Part shown: piece by piece, positions 52,401 through 64,000 of the stretch
Layout of the letters: each line of letters starts with the position of its first letter
Numbering within the stretch: the first letter of the stretch is position 1
Origin: Lytechinus pictus
Lineage: Eukaryota
DNA: 64,000 bases
Assembly: GCF_037042905.1 (NCBI RefSeq)
Contig: NC_087263.1
Location: 14,200,001-14,264,000, forward strand
Reading direction: 5' to 3'
Position numbers and translations under genes: made by a program
Notes under the pieces: model-generated
Seen by the model: the letters and a program-made list of their open reading frames with translations, nothing else
Database searches by the model: none
What the model was told of the DNA's origin: nothing

Positions 52401-55400
52401 GATAGTATGGAGCCATCCCTTCCAATTCCGCCATGCTTGACATACAGAGGATCACCCATGAAATTGAATAAAGTTGAAAATATGTATGAAAAGGGACATT
52501 TCAGTGGCGGATCCACTTTTGAGAGGCTCAATTGTTTTTTTACTGGAATGTGTCATGCGTGCGCAATTGGTGACCTTTTTTTTTGGTTATCCAAATTTTC
52601 CTTGAACAAATGACATCGATTTTGTAGTAAAGATTTTTTTCAGGCTGTCAAAAAATTTCCTGCATTTGCCCCTTACCCCTTTGGAATATCCTGGATCTGC
52701 CCTTGGGACTTGTAATAAAGTTGAAAAGAAAAAAAAGAAAAAGAAAGCAAACACTAATGGAAATATCCGCACAGTCAGGCATAGTCGTGTGAAAAGGAAG
52801 AATATAGAATTGTCCTTAACACCTTAAGTTTGTAACGAAACGCAAAACCCTTTGCAAAAGATGCCAACAAAATTGTTTTAATGATGAAAACTAAGGAAAT
52901 TGTGAAAATTCGAATTTGGGCTAAAGAAATATATATTTTAAGCCACAATGCATAACAATTCTAATTTTATTATAAATATGTTTATACATTTACATATACA
53001 GATGTCATGCAAAACAAACGAATTACACATCATTAATTTTAACTATCAAAAAATGAAATCGGTTGCTCAAGCAATCCTATCGGTCATTATTGTTGATTAA
53101 ATTAAATGAGCAATTACTGAATTTCATTGCCCAAGAGTTAGAATAAAAAGTACATTCGTGAATAAGAATAAAATCAAAGCACGTGACAAATATTGAAATG
53201 ATCACATTTGAAATAGTCTTGACCATAAGTTTAGTCCAATGATTGTAAATTAATTCTAGTGTCTTTAAATGAATCCCATTGTCTGATTTTAACATTTGAA
53301 TGACTGATATCTCCGGGAAAACGATAACGCGTTAAATGCACATTTAATATAAGTGTCTCCTATACGGGAACACCTATATTTACCTAATATTTTTATTCTT
53401 TTGTGTCTTGACGAAGACAGGCAAATAGGTCGAAAGCTTGGAAATAAAAGGAGTTGAAACAGTTGCTACGCCCCGCAGCCTCTGGCTGTCTGTCACGCCC
53501 AATACTGATGAGTCACGTTATTACAGTTACTCACGTTAAAGGAAAGTCCACCCCAACAAAAAGTTGATTTGAATAAAAAGAGAAAAATCAAACAAGCATG
53601 ACAGAAAATTTGATCGAAATCGGATGTAAAATAGTAGGTTATGACATTTTTAAGTTTGGCTTAATTTCACAAACCAGTTAAATGCACATCCCGGTCATCA
53701 TCATTATCATAAATTGCTTCATATAATAAATCTAACACTATCTACATGATCTGAAATGTATGAAGAAGTCTAATTATAATCTCATGTTTACACGTATTTT
53801 GAGATGTCTATTTCATGAAGATAACATCAGAAATGTGTCTTTTAGACAAAATTTAAAGGTCAAGTATACCTCCCCCAAAGATGTTGATCAAACAAGCATG
53901 ACAGAAAATTTCATCAAAATCGGATGTAAAATAAGTAAGTTATGACATTTTTAAGTTTGGCTTAATTTCACAAAACAGTTATATGCACATCTCGGTCGGT
54001 ATGCAAATGAGGGGACTGATGACATCACTCACTAGTACTACTTATTAATTTTATTATATGAAATATTTCGTCTTTATTTCACCCTGAACTCGTGGAATTA
54101 CCATTGTTCAACATTTTATGGTTCAGTCAATTTGATCCTATAGTTGTCAAATCTGTAAAATTGAAATAATTCAAACAATAAAAAACAAAAGAAATAGTGA
54201 GTGAGGGACATCATAGACTCTGTAATTTGCATAAATAAACTGTGCATAGTTTATTTTGTGAAAACTATTTTGTGAAAAGTAAGCGAAATTTTAAAATATC
54301 ATAATTTTCTTATTTTAAATTCGATTTCAATGGCATTTCAGCATTATGCTTCTCTGACTTTTATCTATTGATTCAAATCAACATTTTTCGGGATGGACTT
54401 GACCTTTAAATTTTGCCTAAAGAGACATATTTCTGATGAAATCTTCATGAAATAGACAACTCCTAATACTGGTCGCTGTTTGTGTAAAAATAAGATTATA
54501 AGAAGACTTCTTCATACATTTCGGATCATGTAGATAGTGTTAGATTTATTATATGAAGCATTTTATGATCATGATGATAGCTGCTAATACTGCTAGAACC
54601 GTGCATTACAGAAGAGAAATTCGTAGTAGACATTTTGACCCGTTGTCTTTTTATGAGTCATAGCCGGTCCGATTCATAAAAATTTAACATTATATGAGAT
54701 AAAAGTCAATTTATCTAGCACGTGATTCGTTTATTAACCTGACAATTCATTTCGATTTATGGATTTTTATAGCAGTTTAGTATAACAATGTTAATGATTA
54801 ACATGCATGTATGTGTGTACAGCGAGAATTTGCCTTGGCCTCTTACCAATGCATGCTTACGTGTAAAGTGTAGCATGATAGTATCATATAGTGTAGGTGT
54901 GACTTCGAAAGGAAGAGGGAGGGACGTACGTAGCAATATTTGTTCAACTCCTTTCATTTTGGGTCAAGCTTTCGACCAGTTTTAATGGTTTTCCTCAGGG
55001 CTTGAATATACATAATAATAACAGAGAACTTTGTTTCCGGCTTATCAAATCATTTACAATTTAAGACTTACATATTTTGAAAGGATGTACATTTTTTTAA
55101 AAGCTATCTGTTTTGTCTGAATAAATGCAAGTCAAAATGATCATGATTATGAAATGCCGCTTGTGACACTATCTTACGAGGAAGATTCCATCATTCATTT
55201 TCGATTTTTTTTATCGCTAATTTTGATATATCGGCAGGTGATGGGCGACCCAGCAGGGAGGGGGGGGGGGGAGGAGACGATCACCCTTATTATTTTTGAA
55301 GTAGTGAAGAAACACAAAGAGGACTGGAGAACAAGACGGAGGAAAAATATCAAGAATGGAGGAGGAAGAGCATAGAAATAAGAGGTATGGACCGTTGTAC

Positions 55401-57591
55401 TCTATCATGTCTATAAGGACGAACCGAGGAAGAACAGGCCTATATCTGTGAAGCTTTCGTGAAAGTACTTGACGTTTTCATCCGACAAGTCCTGTTTTAT
55501 CCGACTGTTACCATTGGTAACAGCGCTTGTCAGCCGATCAAAATCGAGGAAAGTTGTCGGACAAAAATGGTTATTGATGAAACGCTCCTCCTATCATTTT
55601 AAATTGAGACAAAATATGACGTCAGGCAGAGGTTATCTTCTCCCCTCCCCCCCCCCCCCCCCGCATCACAAAATTGGCCTAGAGATCATCTCTTCCCCTA
55701 TCAAAATATCCTTACACCGCCATTGGATATCGGGATTCTTACCGGCTTGGCAACAAACGTCGACTTTGTACCTCCCACACTTATGGCAATACTTCAGTCC
55801 TACAGATGAGGCAGATATTGCGAACATAATTCATAACTTAAAAAATAAGCAAACCTGTGGTCATGATGGTATCAATAATATCTTGTTACAAAAGATTGTG
55901 ATGCAATTGTTAAGCCCTGGGAAAATATCTATGATTTATGTCTGTCTACTGGTGTTGTACCTTTATCACTGACAATAGCTCGTGTTATTCCTGTATTAAA
56001 AAAGGTGATAGTACTCCGTTAGGTAATTATCGACCAATATTTCTATTAACATGATTAACCTGCTGTCTAAAGTTCTTGAAAAATTAATATTTGTTCGCAT
56101 CATCAAATTCGCTAATATGCATGATTTGTTTTATCCTTTACAATTTGGCTTTCGTGAGAATCATAATACTACACATGCATGCTTTCTTAACTATAGTTGA
56201 TAAAATTGCTAGCGGAATCGACAATTTTGAACATACTGTTGGGGTGTTCCTGGACTTCTCCAAGGCTTTTTATACCATTAATCATGAATATTATGATAAA
56301 AATTCAATTATTATGGAGTCGAAGGTATAGCCTTGGAGTGGTTCAGGAACTACCTAGATAATATCAAACAATTTGTATCTATCAAGAATATTATCTCCGA
56401 CACGAAAATGGTTAACTGTGGTGTTCCGCAAGGCTCTATCTTGGGTCCCCTACTTTTCCTTATTAATATTAATGATTTTTGCAAGTCTTCCAGTATTTAA
56501 TCTTTTATTCTGTTTGCTGACGACTCTTAAATTTTTTTCTTCCCACAAGGGTCTTCGCCATTTACTTGCCACCATTAATCATGAACCGTAACCGGTTTCA
56601 GAATGGATCAAAGCCAATAAACGATCACTTAATCTTCAAAAACAAAACTATATGCTCTTTAGTAGTATATAATAGGTGATCTTCCAGGTAATATTATTTT
56701 GGAAAATACTGATAAACAAAGAGTTGACAGTACGTAGTTTCTTGGTGTAACTATCGACAAGAATCTATCCTGGAAGGAACACGTAGATCATTTGTAAAAT
56801 AATTTCGAGATCGAGAAATATTGGTATCGTAAAAAAAGTAATTTTTTCTTCCCCACTCATATACTATTTAATTTGTATTCAAATTTGATTCTGCCTCACT
56901 TAAACTATGGTATATTAGCATCGGGGAATTGTGCTGAGTTCTCCTCTACAGAATTCTACTTTTGCAGAAAAGGCTATGCGCATTATTTGTCACATACTGA
57001 TGCACTTTTCTATAAACATAATATTTTGAATATCGGTGATTTATATAGTTATAATCTTGGAAAACTCATGTACACTTTATATGGAAATTATCTACCAAAT
57101 ATTTTTTATTCCATGTTCACTTAAAATGTTGAAATTCATCATTATCTAACAAGGTCCGCCGGTCTATTTCACACACCAAGAGCTAGATTCATCCTTCTGA
57201 ATAAAACATTCACCGGTACAAAACTTTGGAACTGTCTTTTGGAATCAATGCGCAATAAACCGACACATTTTAGTTTCAGTAATGGGTTAAAGAAAATTGT
57301 TCTCCACAAATATAAACCGCAGATCTCCAACGTTTCTACCTAAGCAGCTTCCTCCTCTATTCTCTTTCTTATTCTCTCTTCCCCTCTCCTCTCTCTTTTA
57401 TCTTCTCTCTTTATTCCTAATGTGCATTTTTCTTGTTTGTTTTGTTTGTTCTAGTCTCTTGTTTCGTTTTCTGTATTGTTTGTGTGTGTGGGGGTATGAT
57501 TGTGTGTGTTTCTTGTTTTCTGTCCTGCTTTATTCACTGTCTTTGATTTTTTTCTTTCCTTTTATTAATTTTCCGTCTTCATAATTATAGA

Positions 57592-57628
<37 letters not shown>

Positions 57629-60600
57629 GGGGGGGTATACCAGTATTATGATATATCCCTCATTGATTTATAACAACTAGACCACGACGCCCGCTTTGCA
57701 CATAAATGGCCAAAAGTGCTTGTGTGCTTTAAAGGAGGCCCAGCATACATCATTTGTGTACAGATAATTTTCTTTAAAGGTCAAGTCCACCCCACTCAGA
57801 AAAATGTTGATTTGAATCAATAGAGATAAATCGAATAAGCATAATGCTGAAAATTTCATCAAATCGGATATTGTTTAGTTGCGACATTTTAAAATTTCGC
57901 TTATTTTTCACAAAACGGTTATTATGCACAACTCAGCAACATGCAAATGAGAGAGCTGATGATGTCTCCCACTCACTATTTATCTTTTTTTTTATTGTTT
58001 GAATTGTACAATATTTCATTTTTTAACAGATTTGACAATAAGGATCAACTTGACTGAACCATAAAATGTTAAAACAATGGTAATTCACATTTAAGGAAGA
58101 AATAAAGCTTTGTTTTACAGGACAATGAGAAATTTAGAATATTCATATTTCATATAATGAAATGCAAAAGAAGTAGTGAGTGGATGACATCATCAGTTCC
58201 CTCATTTGCATACCGACCAGGATGTGCATATAACTGTTTTGTGAAATTAAGCAGCACTTAAAAATGCCATAACTTTTTTATTTTACATCCGATTTTGATG
58301 AAATTTTCAATGTTGTGCTTGTTGGATTTTTCTTTTGATTTATTCAAATCAACTTCTTGTTGGGGTGGACTTGTCTTTCAATTTGTCTCTCTTAAAAACA
58401 ACAACTTATCGCCAGGGCACGGGCGTAAATCCGAACGGTGAACGTATCGTTCAGGGCCGGGGGGGTGGTCTATTGTGTCACCCCCCCCCCTCCAAACCTA
58501 AATAGCATGACGTCACGGATTTACGCCAATGCGTCAGAGTGAACATCTCCTTTAAGTAATAAGATCAATTTTAATTCAATGCAAATGCAATATTATTATT
58601 TCTTATTTCAGATCCTGTAGGCATTAACAATACCCCGGCTGTGAATATTTCGCTTCCAAACTTTTATGTCAGGTAAGTGGTAGGCCTATATAAGACACTT
58701 ATTATCAATATCAGACAAAGTTCCGTATAGGCCCTAGTTGAATGAAGTTGATGGGGGGCATGGGGTAGATCAGTAAATATATTTATGTACAAAAAATTAT
58801 ATTTTACCTTTTAAAAATATTACATCTTGGAAATTCTTTCATTTAGTGGATTCAATCGGCGTATAAAAACGCAAAAGGCCGGGTGTTAAATCATGGCTGG
58901 ATTTCTGAAACCTTTCAAATTAAAAGAAGTGTAAGGCAGGGGTGCCCCCTCATATTCATTAGATGGGCCGATGATGTCATATCCCCACTTGTCCTTATGT
59001 ATTGTATTATATGAAATTTGGCTTATTCAAAAATGTTCTACCCTGAACTAAAACAATCAATTGGATTGACAACTGATTAAGTGCGTTAGTTATTTCATGC
59101 TGCAACTTATTTCATCATAATGAAAACACATCATTTACACAATTATAAAAAAATTGAAACAATTATGATTTCATGTAAAAACAAAATTGAAAAAGAGAAG
59201 TGGGGATGTGGCATCATCAGCCCACGTAATGAATATTCATGAAGACATGCCTAGAACTGTCTCACCGGAATAATGCAAATCTTTAGAATTTAATAACTTC
59301 TTTATTTGTTATCCGATTTTGATCAAATTTTCAGCATTTTGCGCTGTGAATTTTACTATGTTTATGTAGATATAAATATCTTCAGCCTGGAGCATCCCTT
59401 CAAGTCCAAATTTATCATAGATAATAATCAATTTTTCATTTTAAAAAGTATATTCGCTTGCTCGTTTCGCTTTCTCGTGATTTTTGCCCCATACGCGTCA
59501 TGTTGTGCCCCCACAAAGTTATCGGCTCATGACGTCTATGTTTTAGCAACTTTCTAGCACGCTGAATTAATTTTTGGGGAATGATAATGACAACTGTTTT
59601 CATGTTATTTTCTTTGAATCAAGTTTTCATTTGTAACCATTGATACTGATGATTATAGATGTTGTCCAATAACTTTTGCCATTTTTATTAGCTTCTCTAA
59701 TATAAAGTTAGTGTAGAAAACTAATTATTACGATTGGTGAATTTAATTGTACGAATGTGCAAAATTGCAACATCAGCGTGCAGAGGGTTAAGGGCCAATT
59801 CCATCCTAGCAACGGAAATGCTTGGGGAAAAAATAAAGAGAATCAAACAATCACAAAATAACATTATAATCGAAATGGAATAATAAAAAAATTAAGGCAT
59901 TTTAAACTTCTGATTATCTTTACAAACTGTATATGCATATCCACAGCCGATGCTGTTGCACTATTTCTTTTTCTGTGTTTGTTTCGCATGATGAAAAAAT
60001 TGAATGTTTATAACTTTGGTGGCATGAATTTAGATATTTACTTTGATAGAAGTGTATGTACGTGCTTCCAGGAATAATCAAACAAAATTTTACAATTTCT
60101 TTTGCAGTTTACATGTACACCGCGAGCTCCTGTATTTCTTATTGGACTTTATTTTCACCCCAAAATTATTTTTGCATTCATCAAATAGTTTGGGGTGCCA
60201 AGTTGTAGACATACCCTTAATGTGCGCCCGGCTTTTCGAACGCAAAAATGAATGCACCCTTAAAGGTGCAAAGTTGCACCCTTTAGGTCGCAAACTGGCA
60301 AACAGGTACAAATTTTTTACCTTTGTATCACTAAGGGCAGGGCCCTGGGAACTATTTTTACTGGGAGTGCTGAATTTCCATTGAAAAATGGAGGTCATTT
60401 TGGTACCGAGGAATTTGAAAAGCAAAAAGAAAAAAGAAAAAAAAAAAGGTTTTAAGTACAAAATCGACGTCATTTTGATTACATTTTACTCATCTTTCAG
60501 ATATTTCAGAATACATGGCCGGGGTTTTTGCCAGTACACGCATCTCCCCCAAGGATTTTTTTTGTCCTTCAGCACCCCAGCACCCCCGCTTCCAAGGGTG

Positions 60601-62463
60601 CAAAATTGCACCCCAAAAGGAATTGTGCGACCAGTGTTGCATTTAGTGTATTTAGGGTGCAAAGTTAACTTTTTTCTTAATATGTTTATACGGCAATCTT
60701 TAGCAAGGATTCCACATTTTTCATAATTCATTTTCTTCCATATTGCAGAGACAGAGTTTCAAAGCGATTAAAGAAATGGCAAATCATCCAAATCTACAAG
60801 ACGAGCGTGAAGCCGGAAGACTTTGATTTCCAAGTCAATGAAACTTTGTTGCTTCGGGATGGTAAAACGGAATCGATTCCTGCGCAACAGACATGCGCAG
60901 TAGTTGGAAACTCTGGAATTCTATCCAATAGTACCTGTGGGAGCATGATTGATAGTCACGATTTTGTCTTTAGGATGAACCTGTCTCCATTTGGTTTGAA
61001 GTATGGCGAGGACGTTGGATACAAAGCCAATATCACGACGTTAAATTATTCACAACTGAAGTCTGCGGCTAAGTGTACAAAGAAACATTTTCCTAACATA
61101 TCTGTTGGATGCCAGGATACGTTGACAAAATTGAAATTGTATAACAATTCTGTGGTATGGTACCCGAAAGGAGGATCTCGTAAAGGAAACATGAACGTTT
61201 TATCAAGAGGAATGATCGATAGCTTCGGTTTCAACGCCAGATGGGCTTATAGTCCCGCTAGCTTGTTTGGTGTCGTGCCCAGGTTAGTGTTAAAGGGATG
61301 GTCCGGGCTGAAAATATTTATATCTAAAATAAATAAAGTAAAATTCACAGAGCAAAATGCTGAAAATTTCATAGAAATAGGATAACAAAGTTATTGAATT
61401 TTAAAGTTTATCGATATTTTGGGAAAACAATTATATGTACATTGTCATGAATATTCATTAGGTGGGCTGATTATGTCACATCCCCACTTTCCTTTTTCTC
61501 ATGTTATTACATGAATTCGTAAATGTTTCATTTTTTCATACATGTGTAAATGATGTGTCTCCATTATGATGAAATAAGTTGCGGCAATAAATGAATAATG
61601 CACTTAATCAGTTATCAATCCAATTGTTTTAGTTCTTGGTAGAACAATTTTGAATAAACCTAATTTCATATAATAAAATACAAAAGAACAAGTGGGGATA
61701 TGACAACATCAGTCACCTAATGAATATTCATAAAGACATGCCTAGAACTATTTCACCGGAATAATGCACATCTTTAAAATTCAATAACTTCGTTATTTGT
61801 TATCCGATTTTGATGAAATTTTCAGCATTTAGCTCTGAATTTTACTCTTTTTATTGAGACATAAATATCTCCAGCCTGGACCCTCCCTTAAAAAAGGCGA
61901 GGGTGATGTTAATCCTTTGTGCTAATCACACCATCGATGTAGCGAAGATAAAAAATGAACAGAGCAATAATGCTCTCCTTTGAGGCCACCGGAAACGCTA
62001 TAAAGTACTTCAAATAACTCCTAATAACTTTTTTAATTTTTGATGGATTTACTTCAAATCTTCACCAATATTTTTAACTTTTCCCTAATGTCATATATAA
62101 TGATCCTTTTTTGTGCGTGTGATCATCGGTAGAAATATAAAGTCATGCTTTTAGCTAAACACAATGTATTATGTAAATATTTAGTTTATATTTCATTTAT
62201 TCAACAGGATTTGGAAAAAGCGGACTCCGTCTACAGGTCTACTCATTTTGTCAGCAGCATCATTATTCTGTGAAAGGATTACAATGTTTGGATTTTACCC
62301 CTTCTCCGTCGATGCACACAACAGAACGTTAACGTACCACTACTACGACTCCTTTCCAATGAACCACTCCACAAATGCGCACAAGATGCCAGTAGAATTC
62401 AAAATCTATCGACAGTTACAGAATCAAAGTGCCGTGGAGCTGCAGCTGGGGGAGTGCAATTAG
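49451..62463 (+). CDS. Alpha-2,8-sialyltransferase-like protein (GT29, ST8Sia family), ~333 aa
   Basis: Exons 49451-49601 (signal-anchor), 58612-58672, 60749-61282, 62208-62463; phases are consistent (1002 nt). Sialylmotif L CAVVGNSGIL...CG..IDSHDFVFRMN...DVG; S motif PSTGLLILSAASLFCERITMFGFYPF; HYYD; VS HKMPVEF; C-terminal Cys. The first two exons are less certain than the catalytic exons. Confidence 0.88.
50607..50731 (+). mobile_element. 5'-truncated SINE tail with TTTGTG target duplication
   Basis: tttgtg at 50601-06 and 50732-37; the insert matches the reverse complement of the SINE 3' part at ~23700-23770. Confidence 0.7.
50754..51337. mobile_element. Kolobok-like non-autonomous element
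   Basis: TTAA|aggagaatgaaac ... gtttcattctcct|TTAA. Confidence 0.85.
53697..54578. mobile_element. Palindromic element (~155-bp arms) with a Kolobok-like MITE (53857-54405) inserted at its centre
   Basis: 53697-53852 is the reverse complement of 54410-54578; inner TTAA|aggtcaagt...acttgacct|TTAA. Confidence 0.8.
55785..57600 (+). mobile_element. Decayed CR1/L2-group LINE reverse transcriptase region in ST8Sia intron 1
   Basis: Fragments LKNKQTCGHDGI, NYRPI, GVFLDFSKAF, GVPQGSILGPLLF, FADD, LILPHLNYG spread over shifting frames. Confidence 0.9.
57778..58376. mobile_element. Kolobok-like MITE (same family as 53857-54405)
   Basis: ttaa|aggtcaagtccacccc ... ggggtggacttgtct. Confidence 0.75.
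61294..61888. mobile_element. Kolobok-like MITE in ST8Sia intron 3 (partial relative at ~58960-59402)
   Basis: ttaa|agggatggtccgggctg ... cagcctggaccctccct; extends the ORF-track frame past the true donor. Confidence 0.75.
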
Positions 62464-62589
62464 TAATCAGGAGAGCATATACGTCTTTCACGAAACATTT
62501 AATTTATTCAAGCAACACATTCCGATGATTTTACCCAACATTCGTGTACTAGTAAAACAACATCTTAGTCGTCGTCCAAGATGTCTAAC

Positions 62590-64000
62590 TCCCGTGGCAT
62601 CAGACGCGCCATCACCAAAATCTTATCTACCCTCTTTTATCTTGTGTGCAATGTTAGATCGGCCTGCAATAAGTTTGATGAGTTATCGGCCGTTATCTCA
62701 TATTTTGATGTAGACATTGTCGCCATTACTGAGACGTGGTTTAGAGATGACTGTCCACCTAATAGTTTCTCCATCCCGGGCTATTGTTTAGGAGCTAAAT
62801 CAAGATGTGATCGACGAGGTGGTGGAGTAGCGATATACAATGCGTTTCAGAAAAAAGGTAATCCAAATCTAGAGGGCTGGTATTCGGATCACATTAAAAT
62901 TTGTGTAATTATTCTGCATGGATATAAAAGAGTAACTCATCAGCTTTCCATTGGTACCATATTTGTGACATTTGTGCCACGCATGACAAAATTAAGTGAT
63001 GTTGAAGAAAACAGGTGCAGGTACCACTTTTTCCAAGTTTTTGAAAACTTGAAAGAGCAAATGCTGATGTAAATACTTTCACCAAATCCTGAGCTTCCAA
63101 AAATCTTGATTGGACCTTTTTCTTCCAATGGACTGCAAATAGGCGAATGTACTTGCAAATGATTAATGAGGAGATTGTACCACGGTCGATGGACCAAATT
63201 TTGATAGGCAGGTTCGAGGAGTGTACCTGCGTCCGAGTCTTTGGTGGATTCAGGACTAGCACTCCTGTCCATCGTTCGAAAATCTTTCGAGATAGACTCA
63301 AAGAACTCTTTGAAGTTTGGACATGAATGTGTTGCCCTTAACCATGACGTAGAATGGCCACCAAGATTCTCTGACCCAGCGCCTGTGATTGTTTCCTTTG
63401 AGGACACTAAAAAACAAGGTATTTGTAATTCCTCCTTAAGATCTTGATGATTTGCAGGGCCGAATTCGACATATTAGGTGGAAGCTTTTTGTGCCGACAA
63501 TGGTTAAGACAGCTGTAAGATATCCTTACTCCCTCCACGCTACAGGTTTTGTGTGCAAAGGAGAGGAAGATATGTTGAAGGTGTGGGTGAATTAACCTTT
63601 CAATCACCATTTCAGAGAATGCCTTGACTCTTTTACAGTTTATTCTATCAAACGCAAATTTTACCCACATTACCCAAACTTGGAAAAAATTGTACCTGCA
63701 CCTGTTGTCTTCAACATCAATTAATTCGGTTATGAGTGGCGCAGATGGTACAAATAGGGTATCAATGGAAAGCTGATGAGTTTTTCTTCCATATCCATGC
63801 AGAATAATTCCACAAAATTAAATATGATCCAAATATCGGCCCTCTAGATTTGGATTACCTTTTTTTCTGAAACGCACTGTATGTGAGAGAGTTTTTGAAT
63901 CCTTTAGTCAACATCCAAGTTCCCGACGACCTTGAAGTGACATGGATGAAGATACGCCCTCCCCGTCTTCCGAGATCTATCTCTTGTATTTACTGTGCTG
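62590..64000 (+). mobile_element. LINE ORF2 N-terminus (AP-endonuclease domain), interrupted; runs off the window
   Basis: CNVRSACNKFDEL...DIVAITETW...IPGY...RRGGGVAIY|VRE...VPDDLEVTWMKIRPPRLPRSIS. Confidence 0.85.
62838..63879. mobile_element. Tc1/mariner-like non-autonomous element with ~200-bp TIRs
   Basis: TA|caatgcgtttcagaaaaaagg ... ccttttttttctgaaacgcactg|TA; removing it restores LINE codons A-I-Y-V-R-E. Confidence 0.85.

Overview
AT-rich, intron- and repeat-rich animal genomic DNA, most consistent with an echinoderm such as a sea urchin (inference from gene and repeat content). I assembled the spliced genes by hand using GT-AG junctions and codon phase. (1) The 5' end of a type II membrane (Golgi-enzyme-like) gene on the minus strand. 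(2) A 5-exon, ~747-aa ARM-repeat + TIR_2 protein with the NADase-type catalytic Glu intact and a C-terminal tail of ~37 'TDKxx' pentapeptides. (3) A 7-exon MRPL21. (4) A 12.7-kb CAC-terminated, TA-flanked EnSpm/CACTA-like transposon with no recognisable transposase; it carries a decayed spliced SAMD3-like gene, a 176-bp satellite and a four-level nest of elements. (5) A 4-exon ST8Sia-like alpha-2,8-sialyltransferase. The rest is LINE fragments, tRNA-derived SINEs, MITE families, a foldback element just behind the TIR gene stop, and two Penelope-like remnants with degenerate hammerhead-like motifs. No prokaryotic operon, CRISPR array, rRNA or true tRNA gene was seen. Family assignments come from motif recognition, not database searches.
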